Origin: Bacillota bacterium
Lineage (GTDB): Bacteria > Bacillota > Clostridia > Christensenellales > DTU072
DNA length: 64,000 nt
Assembly (NCBI GenBank): GCA_023394875.1
Contig: JAEXAB010000001.1
Span: forward strand, 320,588-384,587
Reading direction: 5' to 3'
The first letter of the stretch is position 1, and each line of letters starts with the position of its first letter. Shown here piece by piece: positions 39,801 to 54,800 of this stretch. A model generated the notes under the pieces. The model did no database searches. It was not told the DNA's origin and worked only from the letters and a program-made list of their open reading frames with translations. Made by a program: the position numbers and the translations under genes.

Positions 39801-42800
39801 AGCAATATCAATATCGGTAACCAGACTGATGTCATCGGCAATCGGACAATAGCCAAGGCTTGCCTCTATGGTAGCTAAAGCTTGTCCGTATTCTTCGGAA
39901 TATTGGGGATTGCCGTTTTCATCGTCTTCTATTCTGTATTCTACCTGCTCAATACTGTCAAGAAGGTTCTTAGCGGCAGTAAGGTCGCTTAACATATCGA
40001 AAAGCGCCTGTCTCTCGTTTTCCACAATGACAGGTTCTAAGATATCCGACCATAATACAATAGTGTCGTTAATTAGGGCTATTACGTTGTTATAATAGTT
40101 ATCCGACAGATTGATAGAGCTTAAATTCGTGGGCAGAACGCTGAAGATATTTTCGCTGACCGTGCCGAAATTAGCATTCAAAATGCTTTCCAATCTGTCG
40201 TTATAGCCGTTAGTATTATAGAACCAAGCATGGTATAAATTATAGCTTGCGGCATCGTAATACTCTTCCCAAAGGGTGGAGTTTGCGCTGCGTTTTAGTA
40301 GATTATCCAGTAAGAACGCTTTGTTCTCTGCATTTAACTTCTTCTCCAGTTCTAAAATAACGTTAGCCGAAGCGTAAGTATTGATATCTGTTATTATTTG
40401 ACTTTCGTCAATAATGTCTTCATACAGTGTTTCGGCGGCTTCTCTGAACTCATAGATAAAGTCAAGATAGGTGTCGATATTGCTGATAACGTATTCTTTG
40501 GACTTAGCAACAAGGCTGGTTAAGGTGCTTTCGATAACGCTGTTAGCCGAAGAAATAACGGTGTTGTTTATTATTTCTTGTATGTCGCTGTAGAGTCTTT
40601 CGAACAAGGACGACCTCAAAATATTGTTGAGCTCTTCTATTCTTTCCAAAGTGGAGCTATAACGCATCCATTTATCCCACGCGTACTTCTTGATATACTG
40701 CTCGTTGGAAAGATTATTAAACAGCTTGTTAATTCTGTTGACCGCGGCTGTTACTTCGGCTACGTTGGTATTATCTCCGGTATAACCTGACATAGAAGAC
40801 GTCCAAACTGCTTTTGTCAAATTGCTGTAATTGCCGGATACAAAGTTATTAAACAGTCCGTTTAGTAAGGTATATTCGGCGCCGACAAGGCTCTTTAATA
40901 AGTAACCGAATGCGATAACTTCTTTTATTGTTTCGTCATAACTTCCGTAATAAGCTTCGACATAGTTGTTTGCGTCAACAACGGCGGCTGTCAAGCCCTT
41001 TATTTCCACATACTGATTGTAAGCAAGGTATGCGTTATAGAAGCTGTAACTTCTGATGTCGGCAAGATACCCGTCGATTATACTTTGATTGAGTCCGGTG
41101 ATATTCATATCGACAACTTGCGTTCTTACCAATACTGCCTTGATCGCGGCATCTATGGCTTTTCTGTTTTGATTGTCAAGTTCTTGTTTCGTCTCATCGA
41201 ACGTGTCGATAACGTCGGAAATTATCTTCAAAGCGGTAGATATGGAGATATTGTGTTCCAGACTTACTCCCTTGTAGATTTCTATAAAGGCTTCTATAGC
41301 CGCCATAGGTACGTTGGAGTAGTCGCCGTTCTTTATTCCGTTAATTACGCTAATTTTGCCATAACTTTGTATATCAAAACGTTGCAGCACGTAAGCCAAT
41401 GCTCTGACTGCCTTATAGCTGTCTGCAAGATAACCGTCTGCACCATAATTGTTGCTGTTTGTTATCGGGTTGCCGATATTGTTTACATTGTTGGCATAAG
41501 TACGCGCCGTAGTGATATAACCTTGCAATACCGCATCTGTTGTATCTAGAGCAAGCACAACCCAAACCATTACTAGCTTGAACATATCGTTTGCCGTCCA
41601 GTTAAGTTCTTCCTTGGGATCAGCTTCTTGAGTAGCTCCGTTTAAGATATTAAACTCAGCAGACGGCAAGTTGATTTCTTCATAAATGCTCTCCATTTCT
41701 AAGTTTATTAGCTCATTAAAGCTTATTTCTTTTAGGGAGAAGTCCGAACTATAGCTGTTGATATATGCCGTAGCCTCAGCAAAGTCTTGTAACAAAGTTA
41801 CTATCTTAGAATAATAACTGTTAATAAGGCTGTTATATGCTACGCTTAGGTCATAATCCGAAGAAGCGCGGGTTACGCCTACCAAAATATTGCTGTAATC
41901 TATCTTTGTTTCGTCAAAGAGGCTCTTAACAATCGCAGCTTTTAATGCTCTGACTGTTAACGTTGCGTCGCCGGTATATTTACTAGCCGCCGTCATCAAC
42001 GCCGAAATGTTGTTGAAAATAAGGTCGTAAGTAAATCCGCCTTCCTGATATGCGCTCATCGACACGCCCTTAGAAAGGTTATAGGTCTGCAAGGTTTTAG
42101 AGGTTACGGTAAGGATATTACCCAACGTTACTACGTCGACTCTGTTTAATCCCAACAGTACCAGTTTTTCATCGCTGTAGAACTCCGATTTAGCAAGGTT
42201 GTTCCAAACAACGTATTTTAGAATATTTACGTCGTCTTCAATAAGAGCGTTATTAATTGTGTTGGAACCAAGTAGCAAATCTTGCTTAAACTTGTCGTAG
42301 GCGTAAGCCTTGATTTCCAGTTCGGTTGCTTTGTTATACTTAGCTCTTGCAAAACTTTCTGCCGAAAGCATCAATGCTTTTTGATAATAATCGGTGGTTT
42401 CTAAGTAGTATTTATCAAACGCCAAAGCTTTCTGATAGACGAACAGCTCATCATACTTAGCGGTGTAAACCTTGATAGCTCCCGCCGAATCTGCGGTATA
42501 GTAAATTTGAGCGTACAGATACTTGAACCAGGCGCTCTGTCTTGCGTAGAGGTTGCGGAACAGATTGGTTACCAAATAGGTATAGGATACCGAATCGCTA
42601 CCGCTACCAAACAAACTTCTGATAGAATCAATCTTCTTCTTATAAGCGTTGCCGTTATAGCCCTCAGCCATAATCGCGCCTATGTCTCTTCCTGCAGCTA
42701 CGCACGCGTCAAACGCTAAAGCCTTGTTGCCGTGTAAAGAAATGAGAACGTTTAGTTCATTCTTAACTTCTAAATCGGTTACCGCGGCATATGCTTTATC

Positions 42801-45800
42801 CCATTCCATTTCTTTTAGGTAATCGGAATAGAACTGTTCTAATTTTATATTCTTTTGGTTAATATCGCGCACGCTATCGGCAGAATAATCAAAGCCGTAA
42901 GTAGAAGCTAGCGCATCGTTATAGTAGCATTCTATAGCCACATAATCATATAAGAACAATTTTGCTTGTATTTCGGTAAATTCGGTAAGTCTAGCTCTGA
43001 TTTTACTCAAAATTGCCGGCGCGTCCGTTCCCGTATCGGTTAGCCATGTATTTACTCTTGAGAGTTTTTGCGCGTCCGATAGGTTATAGTTGTCATAAAG
43101 CAAAGTATTTTCTAGCAATACCGCCCATACGTTGTCGTAAATAATGTAGGTAGCCGAAGTATTGTTCTGATACCAATAAACAAACTCATTGTTTAGAAGT
43201 TCGCTCATAAGTTTGCTGTCGGCGTCGTCTATTTCCTTACTTGGTAAATCCAATTGTATTAATATAGTAATACTTGGGTCAATGGACAGGCTTAAAGCAG
43301 GGGTGGTAACCGAATTAATAACTTCTTCCACTACCACGATTGTTTCTGCCATATCTACGCCCATAAAGAATTTAACTAAAGAGAATATAGCCCCTTGAGT
43401 CAATTGAATTGCAATACCTTTAATAACGTCGCCTATAATAGCTAAGGTACCTACGCCCCTTGTGGCTCCTTCGATGTTCTGCGGACGGGCGCCGTTGTAG
43501 AATTGTTCTATACTGTTAATTCTTTCTCTGGTCTCAGCGGCTTGCTCGGAGTCTCCTCCCAAAAGTGTAGAAAGTAATCCCATTACGTTGGTAATCTTAA
43601 CTTTACCTACGTAGAAGTTTTCGTTATTTGACAAGCCCGAAGCGTCGATATAAAGGTCGCCGCGGATATAGGATATACCGGCAATCTGCGTAATTTCTCC
43701 GGTTGTCTTATTCATAACGTTTAGATAAATCTTCGCCTGCAAGTCTTCCAGTATAGATTTAATATTAACGGTTAGGTTAATATCTACGTATATGATGGAA
43801 TCAACGTCGTTAATAAGTTCCAATATAGGAGCTATTTGTCTTGTAAAGCCTTGGGCTGCCAAATCGATATTGGCAATAGATAAGACGTAATAAAGCAGTT
43901 CTTCAAGATTATAGATACCTTTCTCATCGGTAATGTTTATCATTATTTTAGTCTTGAAGTAAACGGTATCCAGACGGTTTAATTCTCTGTATTCTTCTAC
44001 GCCGCTAACCGTTGTGCCCGACGACTCAAAACCTACATATAAGCCGTTTAGTTTTATTGTTATACCTAATATAGGTCTCAAATCAGCGGAGCCTGTATTT
44101 AGCGGATCATCGCTCATTGCTACCTGCAAACCGAAAGCAAAGCTCTTGGAGTTTTCGTTTACCTGCACGCCTTTTAGGTATATTTGCAATGCGGCGTCGT
44201 TAAACAAATCAAAACCGCCGAAACCGAACATTTTTAATAGCGAAGAAATTGCGGCTTTCTTTACAATCAGATAGAAGCCGTCACTGGTTATGTTGGCAGA
44301 CAGACCTAATTTGATATTGTTATTAGCGGCAAAGCGTAAATCTTTGGCTATGCTTTCCCAACTTGCTGCCGACGCGCTATTAGCCGCGCCAAACAAGGAA
44401 TCGGCAATGTTGGCGATATAAATCTTGTCGCTGTTGAGGTTGCTTAGGTTGATATACAGATTCTTATTATAGTAAGTTATTACCGCCCATTCTTTGTTCT
44501 GGTCAAAATACATGCCCTCTGCCGTGCGGTATATCCTAAGTCCTACTCTTAGGGTAGAACCTGACTTTAAGTGGTCAAGGAAGTTGGAATCTTCACCGTT
44601 ACCAAAGTCTAGGTCAGCTAAAATATCCAAAGCAATGGTTATTTTGTGAGTATTGTTTAAGGTAAGCAATACTTCGGCAAGACTGGTAATAAGTCCGGTC
44701 AGACTCTTTTCCAGTAGGGTATAAACAGGGTCTTTCGATAAATCTTTGCCCTCTGTAGCTCCCAAATCGAACTCCAGATAAACAGTAGTTCTAATAGAAA
44801 TCTTGGGTAAAGAGTTTTCTACTACCACGTAGCCGACAGGGTCGCCGTTTTCATCTTTTTCCAGGCTGTTTTCGTCAAAAGTGATATATTTTTCTTGGTC
44901 TAAGTCAAGCTCTATGGTATGGATACTTAGGTTAAGGCTTATGCCTCTGCCTGTGGAAATACCCTTGTTGTTTACGCTCTCAAAGCGTATTCCTACCCTT
45001 ATTAAGTCTCTGTCGGCGTCGGTAAATATGCCGGGAACTTCTCCACCATAGGTAGCTACGCTGAATATATCCAAAGTAATACTAGGTTCGCCCACCTGCG
45101 TAATCATACTCTTGATATTGTCCATGCCGCCTAAATTAAGGAAGCCTAATACTGCGTAAATGGCGTTGGCGGCTATTTGAATAGTTAGACCGCTCTTTAG
45201 TAAGTCAAGGTTAACTTGAGCGTTTTCGCTGTCGGCTGCGTTGGCAATCTTAGCAGCCATTGCCGCGGCTACTATAACTTTGGAAACAGAGCCTTCTTCT
45301 TCTACGTCAATGCCCAAAGGATATGCGCCGTTTGAAGCAAAGACGGTACCAAACAAGCCTCTAATATACTCAACGGCGTTCTTTATATATATTCTTTGGA
45401 TATTAAACCTTTCGGCGTTGAGATAAATATAGTTGGTTTCTGCTCCTGTAACAGGGTCCACTTCGGAACCAAGGACAAATTGCAGAACAATGTCGTTAAC
45501 ACCGTTTCTTTGTTTGATATTGCCGTTGCTATCCAAAGCATAAAGGGTTATGGATAGGTCGGTTGTGCTTAGGTTGCCGTCGAATAAGTCAAATAAATTG
45601 AACCTTGCTTCCATAATTATGCGGTAATAATTGCTTATATCGCTCAGTATGGCAAGTATGGGCGCAAGATCAATTACTTGTCCTTGCAATTCAAGATTAA
45701 AGTTCATACCGCTAAGCAGTGTATTAACTAAAGTTGTGAAATCGTATTCGGTGTTTTCTTCCAAATCCCAACCGAAATCAATTTCCAGTGCGGCGTAAAC

Positions 45801-48800
45801 GTATCCGAAATTCTTGTCGAATATCGCAAACTCACCGTTTGAGTCTTTTTGAACTTCTCTTAGATAATCGGCAATGGTTATTGCCTCTCTCTTCTGAATG
45901 ATATTATGATTTTCGTCCTCATAATCTACCCAAACTTTCTTGGTAAGTTGATTATCTTCAAATTTGATGCCGGCTTCGCTGAATTTCGCGCTTATATATA
46001 GGTTAGCAACTTCGGCGTCTACTGCGATTATGGAATTATCATACAGTAAGCCAAGTCTTATTTGACCTTGCTCATGCACCGCTTCTACTATTAATTGCGG
46101 CAAGTTCGAATATGCGTTGTCATAGTATTCGTTAAGTTCATCTAAGTTAGCATCGTCAACGTCCACTTTGTACCAAATTTGAGCGCCGTCTTCGGTAAGC
46201 ACGTCACTTAGTTGCACCATAATTTTCTTAGATGCGTCTCTTCTGGGGTTGCCTTCGCTGTCTGTTAATATGGTATAGCTTTGCTGCTTGCGTATAATAA
46301 ACTTATTCTCGCCGTTTAGTACAGCGGTCATTTCTTCCTTATAATAGGTCCAAGCGGCAAAATAATACTCGTTGTAAGTCAACTCTTTCTTAGCGTTGGC
46401 TACATAGGTTATTAAGCTGTTGTTTAGATACGCTTCGGCTTTTTCGTTGTTAAAACCGTCCGATGCCACCAGCATATCCCAAGCGTATGCCTTCCAAATA
46501 GTGGTTACCGTTGAGTTATAGCTTCTATAAACGGTGCCTTCAAAGATAAATATATCTTCGCTCATCATAAACTGACCGTTAGAATCTTTAGCTATATTAT
46601 TTATAGCGCTCATCTTGTCGGTTATATTACGGTATTCACCCTCGATATTAGCTTTGATTTCCAACCAGGCTTTGCTCTTTGCATTAAGGTCCAAGCTGCC
46701 GTTTGCTATAAAATGTCTTTGATAAATAGCCTCATATTCGGCTTTGTCGTCTTCCGACCACATATAGTTCTTTGTAAAATACTCAAATGCAGTCTTCTGT
46801 ATATACAATAGACGGTTAGCCGCAGGTATATTTGGCATAGAAGCTACTGCGCTGGTAGCGGCCAGATAAACGTCGTTAAGGGCTGTTATCTTTGTATATA
46901 CGTCTTCCAAATATAATTCTAAAGCCTTGCCTTTGGCATAATAGAGAGAAAATTCAAGCGCCATTGCCGAAGTTTCGGCTCCGATAGCGTCATCGTCTTC
47001 CTGTCTCTCCTTGAGGTCTTTTACTTCGCTTGCAACTAATTCTCCGTAGATGTCCCAAGCTTGAATTTTCTTTTCTTTGGTTGTTCCGGGAGCGGTTTGC
47101 GTTTCCAAAATTATACCGGCACGGGTATATTCCTCATCGGAGAGGTTTTCCAAAAGGGCGTCCCACGCGCGCGATTTATCATTATAATTTTCTTCCAATA
47201 TCTCGCCCATCAGAGTTAGAATAACGTCTTTCTTGTATTGCTCCTCTTTAAGTTCTCCTACCACTATATCTTCCACAAACTGCTGGAAAGCGCGGTTGGT
47301 CAAACTCTTGACGTCATTGAACGCCTCATTAAGCAATTTCACTAGAACGTTGGCTGTAGCGGTAACGGTAAAGCCGTAAGTATTGCCGATAACACCGCTG
47401 ATAAAGTCTTCTAACGGAGTTTCGTTGATCGTTCCGGGTGCGGCAGAACTTAGACCGGGATTTTTATTTAATTCTAAATTCTTATTGACAGCGTACTTTA
47501 AGTACAACGTATATTGCATGTAATCATAATCGGTCGCCATAGAGGTGTTGACTACGGGAGAAGCCGATTCGGGAACTTCCTCTTCGGTGCCGCCGCCGAA
47601 CAGCTTGCCTAAGTTATCCATAACTTCTTTTGCGGTTTTCTGGAAATCAACTATCTTTATTCTTCCCACGTTGAACGCCGACAAATCAATGTAAAGGGTA
47701 AGGAACTCATCTATACCGTCGGTCTCTTTAACAAGATAAATGCCGATAATTAATGCTTCGGAATAGTAGCCGTTTTCAAACGTGGTGTTATACAGCTCTA
47801 AATAAGCCTCAATGCCCGACGCGCTAAGTAGTCCTAAAATGTCTAGTGACAGTTCGGGATTTTCTTCTTTGGCTAAATTGTACGCATTGAGTGTGGCTAC
47901 CAACTGCATAATGTTGGCTTTTGCTTCCAACCTGAAAGTAACGTTGGCATAAACCGATTGGATTACGTTAAGTATAACGTCTAAAGCAAAGCTGTCGTCT
48001 TTTAATAAAGCGCGTAGCAAATCGCCAAAATTGATACTTGTCATATCCATTTCGGTTTCCGCAGAATCTTCGCCTTCGGCGCCAAGATTTAATTGACCTT
48101 CAAAATATAGTTTGAAATCAGACGTCCAGTTTTTGTCAATAACGGTGTAATAATCAACGTACTTGCCGTTTACTAATATCTTCTCTCTGATTGACAAGGA
48201 CAGCGGGTCGGTAAGAGAAAGCTTAGGATATTCTATGCTCAAGCCTAAGTTAAACAAACCGTCAAGCTCCAGGTCTAGTCCAACTAAGTTACTGCCCAGC
48301 GCCTCAATGGTAAGATTGGGGGTATATCTGTTGAAATAACCCTCTATGTCGATACCTAGCGTTGCCATCAAGGAATAAAGAGCGGCGCCGGTAACTTGCA
48401 ATAAAATAACCGAAGTGTTTGCTCCCTCTCTCTGTGTGCTGATACTAAGTATTATTTCCTTAGCAATAGCGCTTGCCGCGGCATTGTTGAGTCTTGCGTT
48501 AGTATCGGGAGCAGCGGGGGAGGGCTGTTGATTATTTCCGCCGCCTGCAATTAAGTCTCCCAAATTAATGCCGAACGCTTCGCTCAAAGCAATAATAATT
48601 GCGCTTACGTTATGAAGCTTTATAGGCTCTACACCTAAGAACTTCAAAGAAATGTATACGTCGGCAACACCGTCGGCGCCTACTACAACGTACAAGGACA
48701 ATACGTTGCCAAGATAATAATCTCCGGCAAGACCGTATATCTCATCCCAGAATTTTGCGTTTCTCTCGGCTTCGGAAAGGTCGGAATAGAAAGTAAAGAA

Positions 48801-51800
48801 CTCTCCTTGCTCAAGTTCTACCATTTTCTGATAGCAGTAGAAACCGTCGTTAATTATAAGTTCATCTATATATTGAGTGGTGCCGGGAGTGGGATTTTCT
48901 TGAAGCAGTCTTGTCTTCATTGCCTTCCAAGCCAGGTCTTTATTGTATTTGAACTCTGCAAGTATATTATTCATATACTCTCTTCTGGGAGCTAAGCCGT
49001 TATATAGTGTTTCTTGATTGTACTTAGAAGTCAGATTGAGGTACAATTCTACATTCTTGAGTTCTTTTAAGGTATTCAAATTGACGTTCGCGCTGATATT
49101 AAAATAAGTTGCCTGAGAGAATACGTCATCTAAAGCAACGTCCAATTGCAAGCCAATTTCGGGGTCGCGGTTATTGAGCCAATAGTTGGCAAACATCTTG
49201 ACTGCGTAGTCAAAGTTCCAGTTACTGGCTACGTTTGACAATTCGAATGTTGCTTTACCTCCCCAGCTTAAACCTACGGTGGAAAATTCTTCCACTTCCG
49301 CCCAGTCAACGTTGTCGATATCCTCAGCGTATTCAATAACGGTATCCCTAAACGATACGTCGATATTATGTAAAGTAAGGCCCATTTCCGTTCTGTGGTC
49401 TTCAAAATTGGTCACTCTACCCATTTCGTCAAGATAAACAACGGCTGATACACCCAAATCTCCGGTAAGATTGAGATTAAGCCTTACTCCGAAGTCAATA
49501 GCGCTCAATTCATCTTCTAAATCAAGTCCGGCTAAGGCAAAAACAGTTATGAAAGAAGACTTAGTTAAAGCCACGCCGATATTGCTTTCAAGGAACAGCA
49601 AGTCAAGATAGGTGCGCATGTCGATGCCTTCTTCGGCGGCATTCGCTGCGGCAGCCCCTAAAGCGCGGTTATAAGAGGTGTTCAACGTAGCGGCAGAAGC
49701 CGGCGCGTTTCCCGGTTCTTCCACGTCGATGCCCACAAACTGACGTAACGCTTTGGTAAGCGATACAAGGAATGTGGAGTCGAAAATTTCGGTTATTCCT
49801 GTTACAACGCTACTTACGTTACGCAATACAACGTTGCCGATATTGAAAATATTGGTAGAGACATAAACTTCTCCGGTTAATTTGGAAGCGTTATCTTCTA
49901 CGCCGCTACCGTCGTAAATAACCGTTAAAACCTTCTTTACTCCATCAGGACCGAGTTTGTTCTGGGTCATTGTGATTTTGAACTTACTCTTGTAGAAATT
50001 GCTGAAAACAAGCCAAGCTTCAACTTTGATATTGAGGCTGTCGTTCATTTCTCCAAAGAACTGCAAAAGAATGCTTGTTCCCATATCGTTAAGGTCGATA
50101 AGAACGGCGCCTTTAACAAGTAAATCCCAGGCAACAGCCGAAAAGATAACATCCCCGGGTTGTGCATTGGCATAGTCATCACGTTCATCTTTCTTGTCTT
50201 TTATTTCTTTTTCTGCGGCTACGAAACGCTCATCCATTTCCCTTCTTTGAGCATCGGTTAAATTATCTTTCTTATAATATTCCGACCACGCTAAGGCTTT
50301 AAGAGCATTTTCGGTCATTGACGTACCTTTGTTTGCATCAACTATCTGTTGATAGTGGGCGTTCAAATCGGCTTGCCTGAATTCGGAATTGCTAAAGAGT
50401 GAGCTGATAGCGTCGGTAAGGTCATAATCGTTACGATTGGTTGTGTTACCCTCTCCCAATCTGTTTCTAATAAACAAAGACGCTTCCACCGCTACATAAA
50501 TTGCATCGGGCACGCCGTCCGTTGCTCCTTCGGGCGGATAGGTGTTGTTACTGGACACTCTGTAATTAGGTCTCTTAGCAGGGTCTACGCTGACGCTTAT
50601 ATTTCCTACGCTAAGGTCTATTTTGTATACGTTATCCAAGCCTAGTGACAAAGTAATGTCAAGACCGTTATTCATATCCAGTTCCAGATCCAGACTGTCT
50701 ATGGTAACAAAGTCGGAAACTTGGGCAAAGTTGAGCATGGTCAGCACAACTCTTATAGCGACTTCCGATAATTTTACCGATACCTTGCTGTAGCCGTAAA
50801 GGACTTCTAAAGAAACTTCGGTATTATTGACAATAGACGGGCTTGCGTGATTTATTGCATAACCGCTATAATTACCTTCTCTTGGATTAAAGGCGTTTGC
50901 CAATTGCTCCAAAGTAGCGGGAGCATTGGAAACTGCAGACGGATTGTTTATTATATTGCCGTTGGCGTCATAATAAGTAAGCGCGGCGGCATTAATAGGA
51001 TTTATCACCGCGAAACTTGCCATTCTTTGTCTTACGCGATAGTAAGTAACGGCATATAATTCCTGTGTAGTAACGTTTCTGGACGTATATTTGGCGTTGA
51101 CTTCTTTCTCCAGATTTTCGTTAAAAACTTGTTCGTAGCGTATCTGATAATCTTCACTCTCACGAATAGCCGCAGAAGTGGCGTTCTTATATTTGCCTGC
51201 GTATAAGTTATCTTTATCGGCTCTTAGTTCGTCAATTACGCTTAACGCCGTACGGTTTTGCAAAGTCGCATAGGCGGTAGATTTAATGTAAACCGCTCTC
51301 AAATAATTTTTGATTTCCTGAACCGTTAATTCCAGCTCACTTTCCATAAAGGCTTTTTGCTCGCCCAAAATACCTGTTTTATTATAGGTTTTATCCCAAA
51401 TAGTTTCGTATTTGGCAACTAAATCTTTATAATAACCGTAAGCAGCCGACTGGAGTTTGTTAAAGAACAATCTTTCGTCAAATTCATAATCATCGTCATC
51501 GGAAACGCCGCTTTCCAATCTGTCTTTTTGCTCAGCCAGATCATAAACGCTGATTTTCAGGACGTTTCCGTTACCTTGCTGCATGGGATTGATAAAAGCC
51601 ACAAGCACGTTATTGTTATAAATATTAATAACACCGGCATCGGTTATGGAGAATACTCTGGAAGTATTCTTTAACGTCATTTCGTTTTCGTAGTCAGTAA
51701 AATTGAAGTTGTTGTTGACGTTGTTGTAGTTGTACAAGTAAATAAATCCATCATTGCCTACCAGATATTTATAGTTGGTAATGGGATAAGATCTGGAATA

Positions 51801-54800
51801 ATCCTTGTAGAAATTATCAAAGAAGTAACTAAGCGTCTGTTGCTTCATTACCGCATCCATTAAATTACGCTTGGAAACATAATAATCGGCAGGGTCAATA
51901 TAGTTGCTTGCCGTCTCATTGTACATCAAATCCCAAAGTAAGCTAACAGCTCCGGTATAAGTACCGGCAAGGTCGGAAATTGTGACAGTGCTTATACCGA
52001 AGTAAGATAAATCGATGTAAGCTTTGTTATCTTGAATATAAATACCGGCTATTACTTTATAGGTATTGCCGTCTTTTGCAGAATACCCTAAGCTGTCTAG
52101 TATGTTGGTATCAAATAAAGCTATGGTAAGATCACTTGCCAAAAGGTCGTTAATATTGATATTGCCCACAACCGCAATACCGATGTTAAGTCCTCTGTCA
52201 TAGTAATAATTGTTGTTCATTCTAAGAGCGATAGAATTTAGTAACTGATATATGAACCCGCCTTTAGCCGCGTCTAATTTCAATAAATCTACCAGCATGC
52301 CCGGGAGATTTTCGTTTAATTTGTCGGGCTCATAAATAAGTTCGTTAGCGCTTAAATTTAAGTGTACTTCCAGATTGGCGGAAATAATAAGCGTCTGCAT
52401 CCAATCGGTTATGGATACATAACTTGTAGAGCTGTGACCGCCCACAAAAGTGATTTCCGATCCTTTCTTTATAGAAAGGGTATCAATGAGGTTTAAGTTT
52501 AGATAAAACGCCTCTTTTTCGGTGCCGCCACTGTCCACAATGCCGATATGAGCGGTTATATATCCGCTGTCTTTTAGATGGGCTACTGCATCGGCAAGCT
52601 CAAAGTCCGCCCAGTTTAAGGGAGCGCCGGTCTGGTCGTAAGCATAGGGTAAGCCCTCTTTAACCACGTACAGCTGCTTGAATTTTTCTCCGTTGGAGTT
52701 GATTATTTCGTTTTCATAGATGAGATTGCCGTCCTTGTCGTATTGCAAAGCGGTGCCTAGATGTAGATATATACTTCCGTTGACTTTGGGGAGCTCTCCC
52801 GATAAATCCAACTTCATAAATTGTAGCAAGACCGAAAGGACTTGGGCGTTCATAATGACGCCTAATCTGCCGTCGGCAATACTCACTCTGTCTAAAGCGC
52901 CGGCAATAAGGTCCAATATGCTATTACCGTCGGTTGTAACTTCAACCTCATCGGAATTTGCCACGGGACTGAACGCCATAGATGCATTGACTACCCCCAA
53001 TAAGCCGAAAATTCCACTAAGATCCAAGCTCATGTTTTCCAGCATGCTCTTAATGCCTACATTCTTAATGCTTATCTTCGGAATGGCGCCGTCAACTATT
53101 TTGGTAATGGGCAGAACTGACCCTAATTGCGTTACCAGGTCATAGCCTTCTTTAACTTGCGTGTTGAGATAGAGGGTATCTTCGTTACCTGAGAAATACA
53201 AGCTCATGAAAGGATAAGGCTCTCTGCTACCCGGTGTTTTTATCAGATACAAATCAATTAATAAGCCAACTTCGGAGAACTTTAAGAGGTTTATACCTGC
53301 CTGAATTTCATACTCTATACTTAATCTGCTGGTATTTTCTATACCCAAAGACAGGAAGACGTTATTAACAAATGCCCCCACAATGGCGGACAAATCCAAT
53401 TCGGTGCCTCCCGAACTACCCAGTTCCACATTACCGGTAATCTTCGCCCCGTATTCCATAGAGCCTGACATTGACTTAAAGTCGGCGCGCAACGCTTCGG
53501 CATTTTCCATTACGTTGCCGTTTTTGTCTATACCTATCGCAGTAAAGTCAAAATTAGGCTTTTTGATTAACGACAAGCCTGTATTATAGGTGCCGTCTTC
53601 GTTGGTGGAGCCTAAGCCGATACTTAGTCTTAGTGACTCTGTAACGCCAAGGTTAATTCTTATGGAATCAAGAGGGTCTTTTAGGTCTATGGACAATCCG
53701 AAATTATTAATACCAATATCAACATTGGGTATGAACAGCCCCAATAAAGAGTTGATACCGTAATTGTCAAAACCAATGGAGAATATGCTTTCCCCTTTAG
53801 GCGGGAAATGCAAATATTTTAGATTGCCGTTGTTGTCCTTTGTAAGTAACAACGTCAATAATCCGTTCAAATCAAAACCGCCCTCTTCATCTTCCTCGGC
53901 ATTGGCGGCGTTATTGGGACGCGTCGCCGTCGTGGTGTTGGGATGATACGGGTCGATATATTTCATATATTCGGACAGTAATCCGGGAATTTCGTTACTG
54001 CCCGCCAGAACTTGAGTTATATTCAAATTCGGCAATCGCAACTGCGGAATAAGGCTCTTGCCTCCGCTGGTTAGGTTATGGGTGTCGATATAAAGGGTAC
54101 TAAATAAAACCGTACTGCCCGTTTGCATAGACAAATCGGGGGCAAGATAAAGGGCAATTACCTCTCGGTTGTTATAGTTGAAGCTAACTTGGGCTTTGTT
54201 GTTGGCGTTATTGAACAAGTCAAGAGAAGCAGCGACTTTTACGTCAAATTCATAATTAGTATCCCCCGCAACCTCAATAGGCATATTACCTAATGCCCCT
54301 AAGTCTCCCAGCATATTGCCAAGCAGACTGTTAATGGTCAATTCTTCGGTGGTATCGTTTTCCACCTGCATTTTGGCGTTTAATTCTATGTTGGTAAAGC
54401 TACCTTGGCTATAAACGGTGCCTTTACCTGCCGAACCGAAGTTATATCCCGCCATTTTTATGTCAACGGAGTTGGTGTTGCTTGTCTGCAGCTTGAAGGG
54501 GCTTACAGTCAACTCAACGTCATATTCGTTTGTGGCGCTGTCGATATCAAGACCAAAACCGTTAAAGATGTAGTCCTGTTTGGAAGTGCCGTCGGCTTGG
54601 GCTACTTTGCCCATCTGCGTTACCGCATAAAGCCTTGCCGTCATGCTAGGCCATTTCTTGTTGATTATGTCTTCCAGACCAAATCCAAGGATAGGTCTTA
54701 ATATATCGTCCATATTGGAAGGAAGTCCAAAACTTTCCCAACTGATTACTAGATTTAGGAAAGTACTGATGCTAATCTTCCCTTTCATAATCATGCCCAT

